Position numbers and translations under genes: made by a program
In this document: positions 46,801 through 60,238 of the stretch, piece after piece
Numbering within the stretch: position 1 is the first letter of the stretch
Layout: each line of letters begins with the position of its first letter
DNA from: Octopus bimaculoides
Taxonomy: Eukaryota
Length of the DNA stretch: 64,000 nucleotides
Assembly: GCF_001194135.2 (NCBI RefSeq)
Contig: NC_068987.1
Span: 90,249,561 to 90,313,560, forward strand
Direction of reading: 5' to 3'
Notes under the pieces: model-generated
The model's database searches: none
Told to the model about the DNA's origin: nothing
What the model saw: only the letters and a program-made list of their open reading frames with translations

Positions 46801-48074
46801 TTTTGCCAGATTCCATAATAACAGTAATTGGTGTCAGCAGGCAATTAATAAATATAGAATAAAATGACTATGATGAAGTAGAGGTAGAGTTAAGGCCCTT
46901 GCAGCACAACGTTAGTAATAAGGTCTGAATTATAACCTTATGGTCACAGCATCTGAACATCACAATACATACATGTTTACATTATAACAACAGATTCATT
47001 CATTCACAAAGACAAAACAACACACACACACACACACACACACACACTTTAAAGGAGTATTTGTGCCTGAAATTACAACAAAAGCTCGAATTGGTGACCT
47101 TTGACATCCATTTTTGATTCCATTAACTTTGAACCATTCTTAGAGTTCCTGTACTGATCCTACCACAAATAGATAGGATTACTTCCTTTAATCTATTGAG
47201 AGTTTTGAATCAATTTCTGTTGACGACTAATTTTCCACGGGAAGGAGAAAGAGAAAAAGAAACAAAAAAAAGACCAATCAGATTTCAGAGACTTAAGAGA
47301 CTATTCAACTGCAACTGGGATCCTGTTCTACCTTCCAAGAAATGTGACATGTAGTTTGGGGTTTGGTAAGTCTTAGTAGAATAAGTTATTGGGTGGCTGC
47401 CTCATTTCATGGCCAAAACAATCGTTTTTCCTCCCAATTAATTCAGTAATGTCTAGTGAAGAGCTGTGTGTGTAGGTGTATGCATGCCTCCAGCACCAAA
47501 AAAGTGCTGTCGTCAAAACATACTGAATGTCCAGTCAGCTGAGCCAAATCATCTCATTCCAGGGGAGGACAGAATTGTTGCATCAAACAATACCTTGTGA
47601 TGTTTAGCTCTGTTTCAGTTCTCTTTCATTATATTTGGTTCTTATTTTATTCAACTGAGAAGCGGAATGAGGGCAAAGGCAGCCAAACTAGCAGCACTGG
47701 TAGTTTAATCAGTATAAACTAGTACCACAGAGGGTGATGGTACTATTTTGCAAATGCTGTAATTGTGGTAGCAGTAAGTGTGTGTCGCTTGTTATGAAAA
47801 GAGACTAGAAGAGCAGCTCTTGTGGTGAAGTATTTGGTTACTGGTAGTTATAAGAGATCAAATACTACTTAACAGGATCTAAAGTAATGTTGACTGGAAC
47901 ATTTGCAGGAAATTGAAATGAAAAAAAAAAAATTATTTTCTTTTTAGTATTTTGGTGATTTTTAAAAGTGTTATGTAGAGCAGTGAAGACGAAATGAGTA
48001 TAACATCTGAGGGTGGGGGAAGAGGTGAAGGAGGTAGATTGACAAAGTGACAAGTGTGAGAGGGAGGGGGATGG

Positions 48075-48121
<47 letters not shown>

Positions 48122-48478
48122 TACGCAGAATGGATATACAACAGAGTTATATACGATTAAAAAACAAAAAGAGCTAAGGGAAATAATTCAAATGATGCCA
48201 GTGGTATAATTTTGAATAAACAAGTTGAGGGGTGATATATTGAATGCTACAGGCAAAAAATTCTTAATCATAATGGTCTTTACTTTCCTCACACACACAC
48301 TTATGGCTGTTTACCCCCACCACATGAGATCCCCCCACCACCACCACCACAATCAAAGCAGGTTCACAAGAAACATCAAACATATAAGCACTTTCTCATT
48401 GATATCAGTTCCTGTAGACATATTCTGGTATTTCCTTCATTTAGTCAGAGAAAATACAAGGAGAAAAAAATGCACAGA

Positions 48479-48518
<40 letters not shown>

Positions 48519-50879
48519 ATACCTCTCTCCGTGTGTGTGTGTGAAAACATGTACTACACATATAAAAAGAAAAAGGACAAAAAGTATTCAATAAAAAGGC
48601 TAAAATTATAATTATTGGAAGCTGAAAACTTTGTTCACCATTTCTCTGAGTTTCTTGTTTCCAATCTTTGGACAGTTGTTTTGGAGAGAACCATTCCAAC
48701 AGTAATGATAAACTTATAAAGGAAAAGTTCAGAAAAATACACAAAATACTCGGATGTGATGTTAATCTTTGAAAAAAGAGATTGTAACCCATAGCCTTTT
48801 TTGGTTCTAATGAGGTAAACACTTGAAAAGGATGGAAGAGAAATTAATGTTTATTTCATAAGAAAGTCTGCAGAAAGATTCATGGAGTTTATTTACAGTG
48901 AGGATGGCAAAAAAATCCGAGTTTTAAGATCTTGTACTGAGACAGACAGACAGTGTGTGTGTGGTTGAATACCAGCAATTGCACCCTTCCCAAACATATT
49001 TTTATTATTTTGATAATCAAGTTGTAAAAGACTGGGTCAATTCCTCTCTCAAATGATCTACACATCTGTTCGTTCTGCTAATGATCTCCATTCCCAAGAA
49101 TTCAGTTTACCATTTCTTTTATTATTCAATAAAACATGAAAAATAATAAACAAATATATTTACTTCATTTTAACTGTTTTAATTGATTTTCTTCAGTTGG
49201 TGTTTATAAGTTTGTCTTTATCAATGAATTGGGTCAGTCGGAGAATCGTGTGTGTGGTAGGGGAGGGGGTCTGAAATATGAGATTATTTGGTATCCTGTT
49301 GGGAATAAGGAGAAGGTGGAGTATTAGACAAGGCTGGAGCCATAAACATTAAGATTGCAAATGGGATGAGATGGAATGGATATGTGCATCATGCATGTGT
49401 GTGCACATGGGCATGCAATGGTTCACTCATGCATGTCACATGAGACATTAACCAAGTATGGTTCTATGATAGATATCCCTGGTCAATGGCTGCCTAACAA
49501 ACATCTACTCAAGCCACTGAAGCAGCTTTTATGTTGTTGTTTGATCTGCTAGAAAGAGCAACCAAATTTCCATCAAATCACATCCTGACATCTTAAGACA
49601 GAATGGATGGTCATGGCTGGAAGACTTTGATCAGTCATTGAACTGTGGCCAAGCTGGGGCACTGTCTTGAAGGGTTTAGTTGAACAAATCGCCCCCCCCA
49701 CTCTCAAATGAAAACAGGACCTTTATAGATAGAAACTATTTGATAAATAGCCAGTTTCCAGCATCAATTTCACTGACAACCTGAAGCCTTTGGAAAAAGA
49801 TGCTGGCCCACAATGCCACAATAATGAGAGGGAACCCAGGATGTTATGATAAGAAAGCAAACATCTTAACCATTTAGCCATACAGCATCCACCATTGTAA
49901 TAGTAGTATTAAGACAGGAAAGAGAATGTCTGTGGGTGAGAAATTGTAGTATATTGGAGAATGAGTTTTTGTCAATCAATGAGATAACCTTCTTTTAGAT
50001 GCAATCTAGGATAATCACATGGCAGCAACACTCCTCCCAGATATTGGACCGAGGAAGATCCATTGTGGATATCTTACTTGAGTTGTGTATGCACAGTATG
50101 TGTGTGTACAGTATGAGAGAGAGAGAGAAATTTTCTGAAACATTATATAACCCTAGAAGCGGTGTTGTCATAATTGATCCCCAGGTTGTTAATCGTGTTT
50201 TAAGAATTGTAAATAATTATGAGAGAAAGTAAAAAAACAATTTTAAATACTTTTAAGTTTGAACCAGTACAAAGACAAAGTACGTATATAAGCACAGGTT
50301 TCAGATTTATAAGAATGCTGTCAAGCAGTTACATATTAATGTCTTCCAGAGCCTCAAAGTTATTAAATAGACCAGTACAGGCCACTGAGACACTCTACAG
50401 GGTTAGCTTATTACAGTTTGAAATGCCATAAAATCTGGGACTTTGTCCTTATCAGTTAATTCCACATGGTAAGCTTGACCTCTGAATCATGGACAGAAAA
50501 TTTGAACCTAAGATATATGAACATCAAGTCCATTAGCTTCTCCATTTGACCATGTAACACACACAAACACACACACACACACAGTGTAAATTCAAATGTA
50601 GTATCTTGGCAGAAAGCAATCAACACAAATGGGATGAAAGGCAAAAATCAATCTTAAAGATGAACAGATTTGGATGTAGAAAAATGCAGCGTTTCTGCAC
50701 ATGTGGATGCATATGTGCACACATACATTTCTCTTTTTCTCTCCTCAATTCATGTGAGAATAAAAGGAAAAAGGTTATAATCTAGTCTGCTTTCCCTAGG
50801 ATTATAGGAATGAAGCATGCATAAGAATGTGGGAATAGGTGGAGACTGGAGATACACGGAGTGAACATGATCTATTGGA

Positions 50880-51130
50880 TGTTTAATATCAACCTACATA
50901 AGAGGCAAAGCTGAGAAAGCAGCTGAGCATTAAAGGCATCAAGTGATGTGTGCAAAGGAGATGAGTGCCTGTACGGAGATGCTGTGTGAATGAATGACAA
51001 GAACCGGGTGAAAGGAAAAACAAAAAAAATATTGTATACTGTCAGTAGAAGATACTCATTGAAGAGATGTGGAAACGATTGATGATGTCGGACTTTAGGA
51101 TTGTGGATCTCACAGTAGAGATGACAAAAT
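50880..51130 (+). mobile_element. Old RTE ORF C-terminal remnant
   Basis: KLRKQLSIKGIK*CVQRR*..LYGDAV*MNDKNRVK aligns with the RTE LRKKLDIRSIRCGVQER.LHWYGHV segment. Confidence 0.65.
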
Positions 51131-51864
51131 ATTGAAAACAATTAGAGATATATTGTGCAGCAGACTTTTGAAACTAATACCAGCATGGAAAAAGAAATAT
51201 TTGAATGCCGCTGCTGCTGCTGAAGATGACAGACTTTAACATCATTCACTGCCTAACATCTATAGCCACTACATTATAACAAAAACCAACAACAATAAAA
51301 AACATCCCACCTGCAATAAAATGCCAGGCTGAATCATCAGCTCAGCAAGGCTATTGTTTCCCTGATTAATTTGATGAATTAACAGCAGCATAAATGAAAC
51401 ACTTGACGAAGAAGCCATAACCCCTTGCCACGATTACCGAGACAAAAATAAATGTAAATACAGGGAAAAAGAGAGAATGATAAAACCATTGTTTAATACA
51501 AAGAACCAATTCCAAGCAAATAATATCTTCTTCCCTCTGAGACACATGCCCACAATTTTTTATTTTTTATTTTGGATGGTGGTGGGGTAGTTAATGAATC
51601 AAGCAGCCAAGATGTATGTCTGCAAGTCATTTGGATTGACTGAAGGAAAAAGAAAAAAAAGGAGCGAGGGGTGGGTGGCATGAAAGGAAAGGTTGCTCCC
51701 AGTGGAATTTGAACTCAGAACATAAAAAGCTTTAAGTACAATACCACAACACACTTTTTCTGGTGCTCCACCTTTTCTGACATAAAGTCACTAATTTTGT
51801 AAAGGAGAAATATAGTTGATTTTGTCAACCTCAAAATATTACTGGTATTTTTTTGGTCGAACAT

Positions 51865-52241
51865 AGGTGCAGGTGTGGCTGTGTGGTAAGAAGTTTGCTT
51901 CCCAACCACATGGTTCTGGGTTCAGTCCCACTGCGTAGTACCATGGGCAAATGTCTTCTGCTATAGCCTCAGGCCAACCAAAGCCTTGTGAGAGGATTTG
52001 GTAAACGGAAACTGAAAGAAGCCTGTCATGTGTCGATGAGTTTGGCTGTGAAGCAGTGGTGGGGAATAGTGTTGGTTTGTTTATGTCCCTGTAACTTAGT
52101 GGTTTGGCAAAAGAGACTGACAGAATAAGTACCGGGCTTAAAAAACAAAGTACTGGGGTTGATTAGTTCAACTAAAAACTTTTCAATGTGGTGCTCCAGC
52201 ATGGCCTCAGTCAAATGACTGAAAAACATAAAAGATAAAAA
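51865..52241 (+). mobile_element. SINE family A
   Basis: AGGTGCAGGTGTGGCTGTGTGGTAAG head and GGGTTCAGTCCC B box, through to the tail. Confidence 0.88.
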
Positions 52242-52489
52242 GACAAACTCAAATTGGTAGAGTGCCAAACTAAATAATTTGTGTATAGTTATGTTCCTTT
52301 TATATTCCCATTGTCTAATGATTTCTGACAAAGCCAGGGATTCTGGGGAAAAGAGCAGTTCATTATATCAACCCCAATATTTGACTGATTCCTTATTGTA
52401 ACCCCTGAAGGATAAAAGGCAAAACTGACCATTGTAGGGTTTGAACTCAGAACACATAAAAATGAAAGAGATGCTTCAAGATATTTCAT

Positions 52490-52780
52490 CTTTTACTTGT
52501 TTCACTCATTGGACAACAGCCATGCTGGGGTTTTACAAAAGAAAAAAATCACCTGGGTTTTTTTTTTTTTTTAAAGTAGGGAACTTGTTCTAATGGTCTC
52601 TTTTGCTGAACCACTAAGCTATGAGGACATAACCAAAGACACATACAAGCTTCTATACAGTTTCTGCCTATCAAATTCACTAGGGCTATATTAGAAGACA
52701 CTTGTCTAAGGTGCTGTATAGTGGAATTGAACCAAAAACCACGTGGTTGCAAAGTGACCTAACCACAGGGCCAAACCTGT
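52490..52780 (-). mobile_element. SINE family A, degraded
   Basis: Collinear similarity to the family. Confidence 0.75.
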
Positions 52781-53026
52781 ACCATACAGTTTGACCAATC
52801 ATCCATCTGGTAATTAGTCCAACACCCCACTAACTGATGTGTTTGAGAAAGGCATGAATGCCACTCAATCTCATTTCCTTTCTATAAAAGAGATGTAATG
52901 TGTTGAGGCACAAATTAAGATATCCTCATTGTTATGTAACTTTCATTCAGGTTAATTTGTATAAAAGAAGTTTGTCTGTCTGGATTACCCGGGCAGCAGA
53001 CGTAGTAATGAATATATTTATACAAA

Positions 53027-53059
<33 letters not shown>

Positions 53060-53185
53060 TGTGTTTATTGAATATGCTTATGTATAATGAAAAAAAAATA
53101 CCATTAATTATTTCCTCTAATACACAATCACAAACTTCACTTGAAATAGTAGCATTACATAAGTTAGGGAATAGTAGTAGTAGTG

Positions 53186-53216
<31 letters not shown>

Positions 53217-53931
53217 CAGAGTTAATAACAGTGAAATAACAATGGGTGGTTGTGACAGTGATGGTAGTAGTGGCAATAATAGTGCAGGAAGAGGTGATAG
53301 TAATGATGGCAATAGTGTGGTGATGATGGTGGCGGCAGCAATAGTAACAGTGGTAGTAACAGCATTAGAAGTGATATTAGTGGTGGTGGTGGTGGCTGTA
53401 GCGATGGTAGAGCAAGGGTGGCGGTGGTGGTGGTGTTAGCAATAGTAATGGAGGTGGTGGTGTTAGAGTTGTAGGAACGAGAATTAAGGAAAGTAGCAAC
53501 ACAACCCATCATTATTACATGTGTAATCTATAGGATTGGTGTTGGAGCCAAAAGCTTCAGCTGCTAAAGAAGAAGTTGAAGAGGAAGAAGAAGAAGGAGA
53601 GAAGGGAACTTCACAGGGATTGGTGGATGATGTCTGTTTGACTGGGCTGAGTAATAATGATAAGGCCACTATTTATTTAGCACACACTCACACTATAGCA
53701 AATATATGCAGAGGTATACACGCGTGTATACACAAGCAAAATCAAAATGACAAAGAGTGAGGCTTCAGTGGTGTGTGTGTGTGTGTGTGAGGAAAAGAGA
53801 ATGGAGGATATAAAGTATGTGTATTACACAAAACCTGCAGGGGTGTTGCCCAAACACATGTGTGTGTGTGTGTGTTATACAAACATGTATGTGTGAGTGT
53901 CACCCAAATGAGAGTGATGTTACATCATGCA

Positions 53932-53990
<59 letters not shown>

Positions 53991-53995
53991 ATAAC

Positions 53996-54370
53996 AGGTG
54001 TGACTGTGTGGTTAAGGAGCTTGTTTTGTAATCCTATGGCTTTAGGTTCAGTCCCACTGTGTAGCACCTCAAGTATTTCCTTGACTGACCAATGCCTTGA
54101 GAGTATATTTGGAGGATGGAAACTGTGTGGAAGCCCATCATACACACACACACACATCTATGTATATCTGTGTTTGTCCCCCATCATTGCCTGACAACCT
54201 GTGTTGGTTTGTTTATGTCCCTGTAACTAAGCAGTTCAGCAAAACAGACTGACAGAATAAGTACCTGACCTAACAACAAGTCCTGGGGTCAATTTGTTTG
54301 ACGAAACCTTTCAGGGCAGTGCCCCAGCATGGCCGCAGTCCAATGACTGAAGCAAGTAAAAGATAAAAGA
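53996..54370 (+). mobile_element. SINE family A
   Basis: Head TGACTGTGTGGTTAAG...GGTTCAGTCCC through to AAGTAAAAGATAAAAG. Confidence 0.85.
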
Positions 54371-55277
54371 TGACTATGCGAATAAGCAGAGGAATGGGTG
54401 TGTGGGTACATTTACTTAGCAACCACTTGGTTTTGGGTTCAATCCCAGTGTATGGTACCTTGAACAAATATCTTCTAACATAGCTTCAAGGTTTGGAAGT
54501 GAAACTGGGTTGATGTACAACTATACTTTGTTGCTTTTATGCAAAAGTGTCGTAAGTCCAAAACGCTGCAGTTTCAGAAAATGGTAAAATAGTTTCACCA
54601 TTCAATAGCAAAACACTTTGAAAATTTTTGATATTTTGGCATCTGAAGCAGCTGGAGAGAGGATGGTTTGACCAAAAGAACCGGCTATTGCAAGCAAAAA
54701 TAAATATTTATTTCTTCGTTGCCCACAAGGGAGTAAACAGAGTCGACAAACAAAGGCAGACAAAGGGATTAAGTCGATTACATCGACCCCAGTGCATAAC
54801 TGGTACTTATTTAGTCAACCCCAAAAGATGAAAGGCAAAGTCAACCTCAGCGCAATTTTAACTCAGAACATAGCAACAGACGAAATATCGTTAAGCATTT
54901 TGCCTGGCATGTTAACGATTCAGCCAGTTGAGTAGGGTGGGAATCAAAGGGGTCCATAGGCAAAAAATGGATGAGAATCATTGGCGTAAAGGGTACAAGA
55001 TGCGAGAAGAATACGCAACCACGAATACAACAGGAAGCAGAAGCAGTCCGGTTGATCAAACAAATGACACTGGGGGCCGTTTACCTTACTCTGTGTGAGT
55101 GTGTGTGCGTGTGTACATGGGAGCAAATAGTGCACCATATGTGTAAACGAAGCTGTTATTCTGTGCATATATCTATGCAGTTATTGCACTATGTGAGCAT
55201 GTGTATATGGCTGTAAGGGTGCTGCACTCTGTGAGATTATGTACAGGGTACTGCACTGTGTGTGTGTTTGTATGTAG

Positions 55278-55327
<50 letters not shown>

Positions 55328-55376
55328 ANNNNNNNNNNTGTGTGTACATATATATATATATATGTGTGTGTGTGTG

Positions 55377-55408
<32 letters not shown>

Positions 55409-55431
55409 TGTGTGTATATATATATATGTAT

Positions 55432-55477
<46 letters not shown>

Positions 55478-55493
55478 GTGTATATATATGTAT

Positions 55494-55525
<32 letters not shown>

Positions 55526-56008
55526 GTGTATGTATGTATGTATGTATGTATTACAAAGTGTGTGGGTGTTGCATTGTATACATCTGTATGCACAGGCAGG
55601 TGTTGCATCATGACTGTGTCTGTACATAAGTGTGCAGGTGTTGCACAGCACGTGCATGTGTGTACTTGCACGTATTGTGCTGCACAATGAAAGAGAGAGA
55701 GAGAAATTCCCTGGTAGATTAACCTCAACTAACCCTCACAATACAGCAGTGTCAACAATGAAAACTCAACAAGCAGCTGATGCACCAACAATAAGATTAC
55801 ATCTATCTACTTACGTGTGTGTGTGTGTGTGTGTGTGTGTGTCTCTCTCTCTCTCTCTCTCTCTGACAGGGGGAGAAGAAAAAAAATTGCATGCTTAATG
55901 GATTAGCAAAATATTAGAGCTTCGGACAAACTGCCTTACAACATTTTGTTACTGCCCACTACGTTCTGAGTTCAAATCTTGCTGAAGTCAATTTTGCTTT
56001 CCATTCTC

Positions 56009-56047
<39 letters not shown>

Positions 56048-56833
56048 GTGCACATGTTCACTGTGAGTTTGCCTTCTGCACTTTGACATTTCCTTGCCCA
56101 CAAACTATCCGCTAGCGCTGTGCTTTCAGTGATGTGTAGAAGAAAAAAAAGTCCTTGTTCTGACAAAAAGGTAAGAGTTGGCAACAGGAAGAGTATCTGG
56201 TTGTAAAGCAAGTCCTCAATAAGGTGTACTCATGTAACCCATGCTGACATAAGAAAACAGGAGTAAAATGGCTCTTGAGCAAAACACTTTGTTTCATGCT
56301 GGCCCAATCCACACAGCTGTAAATGAGTTCCAGCAATAGTTGGGAAGTTAACCCCACAATGGACTGGTGTCCTATCCAGGTAGGGAACGTTTTGGAATTT
56401 CAGTCACTTATTCGCTGACAGAACCAGCAATATAGTTGTCTGTCAGAGAAAGAAATTAGATTCAGGGTTCCATGGAGGTTGAAGATTTGTCTGGAAAGTA
56501 GTGTTGTTAAGGGGTTTAGTCATTTGTGAGAGGTGACAGATGGGTCTGAGGTCCTGTACAACTGAGTCAGATGCACAAGGTCACTGGCCAGACAACAGAG
56601 TTGATTGAGAATCCAAATTCATCTTCTATGATGTATGATGCATGTTGTAGCTGGGGTCCGCATTGAGCAATGGCATAAACACACACACACACACACACAC
56701 AAATATGCATACAGTGTTAGGTGTATGGTTATAAACACATGTACATTAACGTATATAAATGGACAACACCTCATTTGCTTTGTTTCCCTCCATATTCAGG
56801 TATTAAAAATCGTTTTACTTGATAAGAATTAAC

Positions 56834-56852
56834 AAGAGAGAGAGAGAGAGAA

Positions 56853-56933
<81 letters not shown>

Positions 56934-56996
56934 NNNNNNNNNNNNNNNNNNNNNNNNNNNNNNNNNNNNNNNNNNNNNNNNNNNNNNNNNNNNNNN

Positions 56997-57043
<47 letters not shown>

Positions 57044-57047
57044 GAGA
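56834..57047. repeat. (GA)n microsatellite spanning an N gap
   Basis: Direct reading. N run at 56934-56996. Confidence 0.92.
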
Positions 57048-57382
57048 GTGGGTGGGTGGAAGAAGAGATGATAAATGAGTTCTCTGCAAGTAGGAAGTTC
57101 AGCAGAGGAAATTGTTAAACAAAGCTGGTTTCATAGTTTAATAACGTCTCTTGATAGCACTTGCAGCCAACATGTTTACATACAATAAACATACAAGTAC
57201 ATTGAAGTGTTGAGTTTTAATGGGGAGGCACAGCAGAACAATGAGTGGCAAGGAAGGAAAAACTATAGTCATAGCCATGGATCAGCAAGTATGGTTATGT
57301 GGTTAGGAAATTAGTTTCATAACAAACTGGTTCAGAGTTCAATCCCAATGAATAGCACTCTACACCTATTATCAAACTCCTT

Positions 57383-57746
57383 AGACTGTGGCCATGCTGG
57401 GGCATTGCCTTGACGGACTTTTAGTCAAATGAATTGACTCTACTACTGATTTTTTTTTTTTTTATAAAGCCTGGTATTTATTTTATTGGTCTCTTTTGCT
57501 GAACTGCTAAGTTACAGGGATGTAAACACACAAACACCAATTGTCAGACAATGGTAGAGGACAAACACAAAGACTCACACACAATGAGCTTCATTCAGTT
57601 TTCCATCGACCAGATCCACTCACAAGGCTTTGGTCAGTCTGAAACTATAGTAAAAGACATTTGCTCAAGCTGCCACACACCGGGACTGAACCTGGAACCA
57701 TGTGGTTGGGATGCAAGCTTCTTACCACACAGCCATACCTGTGCCT
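57383..57746 (-). mobile_element. SINE family A
   Basis: Collinear similarity to the family. Confidence 0.85.
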
Positions 57747-58939
57747 TTATCATTGTGAGTCTTTTTTGCTTACATTATTTCATTTGCTTCTTTCCTATCA
57801 AAATATCTGAATGTTAAAACTCCATTTGTGTACACAGATGTTTTATGATCAAGCCCAATCCTAAAACACTCAAAAAATCTCTGGTATTCTTTAATTCAAC
57901 AATAACAATCACATGACTGTTGTATTTCATTACATATCCCACGTTTTATTGGAATTTATTTCTATTTACAGACACACAATGGTCAGTGAATGAGTGTAGG
58001 ATTAAAATATAAAATAAAAAATAAGAAAGAGGTGACTGCATGACTGCACCTCAGCAGGGGAATATCAAACAGACAAGCAGTTAAGTGTATACATAAGATA
58101 GGTGAGCACTAAGCAGTTAAAAGTGTGTGTGTGTGTGTGTGTGTGTTTGTGTGTGTGTGTGAGAAAGAGAGCACATATGCAACTATGTGCTCATACAGCC
58201 AAGTTAGGTAAAGCAATCTAGCTTTATTGTTAAATGTGAATTAAACAATTGCAGTGCAATCAAGTCATTGAACCAGAGGAAGATGAAATACCCTTAATGA
58301 ATAACTTGCTCAAGAATGATTATTATTGCAATAGGCTTATGACCAAAGGTATACCAGTCTTGACCATGCTGTCTTTTTTTCCTTTGTGCCAGCAAACCCA
58401 TGACAATATTATCGAAGACAAGTAGGTTGTGATTTGAGGGTGATTTTGCTGCTATTTCTAATGAGTTATGTGAACACAGATAGGAGAGGTTCCCACCTTT
58501 GGCTCATCTCAAGGGTGGTAAGTGTGGTTGTGTGAAATAAAATGGTTAGAACCAGGAGCAAAATCCTAATTGATGTAACAAAGCATCCTCTACAAGGTTG
58601 TTCAACACCCTAGGAGTAGCAGCCACAATTCCCTCAAAACCACTTTCCCTGTCTCCAAAATAGAAGTAGATATTGAACAAAATAGTCCTTATTACACTGT
58701 TTACAAACTGATGTTTTATACAGTATTTGAGGGGGGGGGGGGGTAGAAAAAAGTAAAAATAAACTTAACAGCAAACATGGGTTTTAAACGACTGATTATG
58801 ATTACCAGAATGCCACTGGCCATTCTCTGAGGCAACAGCCTTGTGGTCAATACTGCAGGACATGACTGAGTACACCATTTGTTCTGGGGTGTGCAGCCCA
58901 TTGCTCCCTCCCCATCCCTTTCCTGCTGCTTAATCCTCA

Positions 58940-58977
<38 letters not shown>

Positions 58978-59147
58978 TAATTAAATTGTGATAAATAAAG
59001 AGATATGTGTAAAGAAAAACAACTCCCAAATCTCAAACCAACTGTCTGAGACTGGCCAAAATGTCTTTTACTGTAGCCTTAATTTAACCAAAACTTTATG
59101 AGTGGAATTTAGTAGACAGAAACTTTAAGAAAGCTTAGTGTTAGTTG

Positions 59148-59191
<44 letters not shown>

Positions 59192-60010
59192 ATATATTTA
59201 CTGATATAAGTCAATGAAGACTACACATACATCCTTCACAAACATATCAGCATAAAATATACAAATCAGCAAGTAGCCTGGTGGAAAAGAATCTTAAAAA
59301 CTGCAATGTTTTACAAATGAAGTTCCTCCAAACATCAGGTCAGATAGTCCTTATGTTTGTCCTCACCATTTGAAATGAAGCGAAGCAATGAGTGACTGAG
59401 TGACTGGAAACATGAGCCAACAATGTCTGTTGTTCAGATATTGTGATATAAAATAAAGACAGAAGTAAATCAGTAGACACAAGAGAGGAACTACCAAATA
59501 CTTTTAACTAAAAATTCCAGGAGCCAAGTTAATTAGGAATGATCTGTTTCTGACAAAATTCAAGTCAGTGAAAATATGTTGTTAGTGTGGAATGGCATAT
59601 GATGAAGAAATTCTCTTCACTGAGCTTTTTGACAGAGCAGAGAAGGCTTTATGAACTCTGCCCAGTAACCTGGTTTTGTTCACTTGAAATTCTTTACAAA
59701 CCAAAAAGAGAACTGAAGAAGTTGGTGCTGACCTCCTTTCCAGGGATAAACTACTGGTGTCAAACGAGTTGTGAACTCTGTAAATTTTTAATCATACACA
59801 GCTAAACACACACATACATATACACACGTGTGTGTATATACTCACACTCATGTGCACACATACACACACACACATTGGGTTATAGAAATTTATCAGACAT
59901 GACAGGTTCAGAAGGAACAGAAGATAAGGAATATCAGGTTTCTTTGTTGATTATCAGTTTAAGACACACACACACACACAAACTGATGAAGATGGTGAGT
60001 TACTTTAAAG

Positions 60011-60238
60011 CAGTGGTTCAACCAGTTTTTTTTTACCCATGGGCCTCTTTGGTTCCTATTCAAGGCCTAATTACTTTTTTTTTTTTTAATAATTAAATGT
60101 TATTAGAAATTTGTATTAAAAAATTGTTAAAATATTTCATGCATTGCAAAAGTATAACCAATTTATTACATGCAAACAAACTGATAAAATCTTATATGCA
60201 CCCCCTGGGGCAATAAGGACCCCAGTTGAGAACCCCTG
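60011..60238. mobile_element. hAT-type MITE
   Basis: TIR CAGTGGTTCAAC / GTTGAGAACCCCTG with 8-bp TSD CTTTAAAG / GTTTAAAG. Confidence 0.78.

Noticed and set aside
52790-52895. CCAAT plus TATAAAAG as a possible promoter
   Set aside because: Both motifs are frequent by chance in AT-rich DNA, and no downstream gene is supported.
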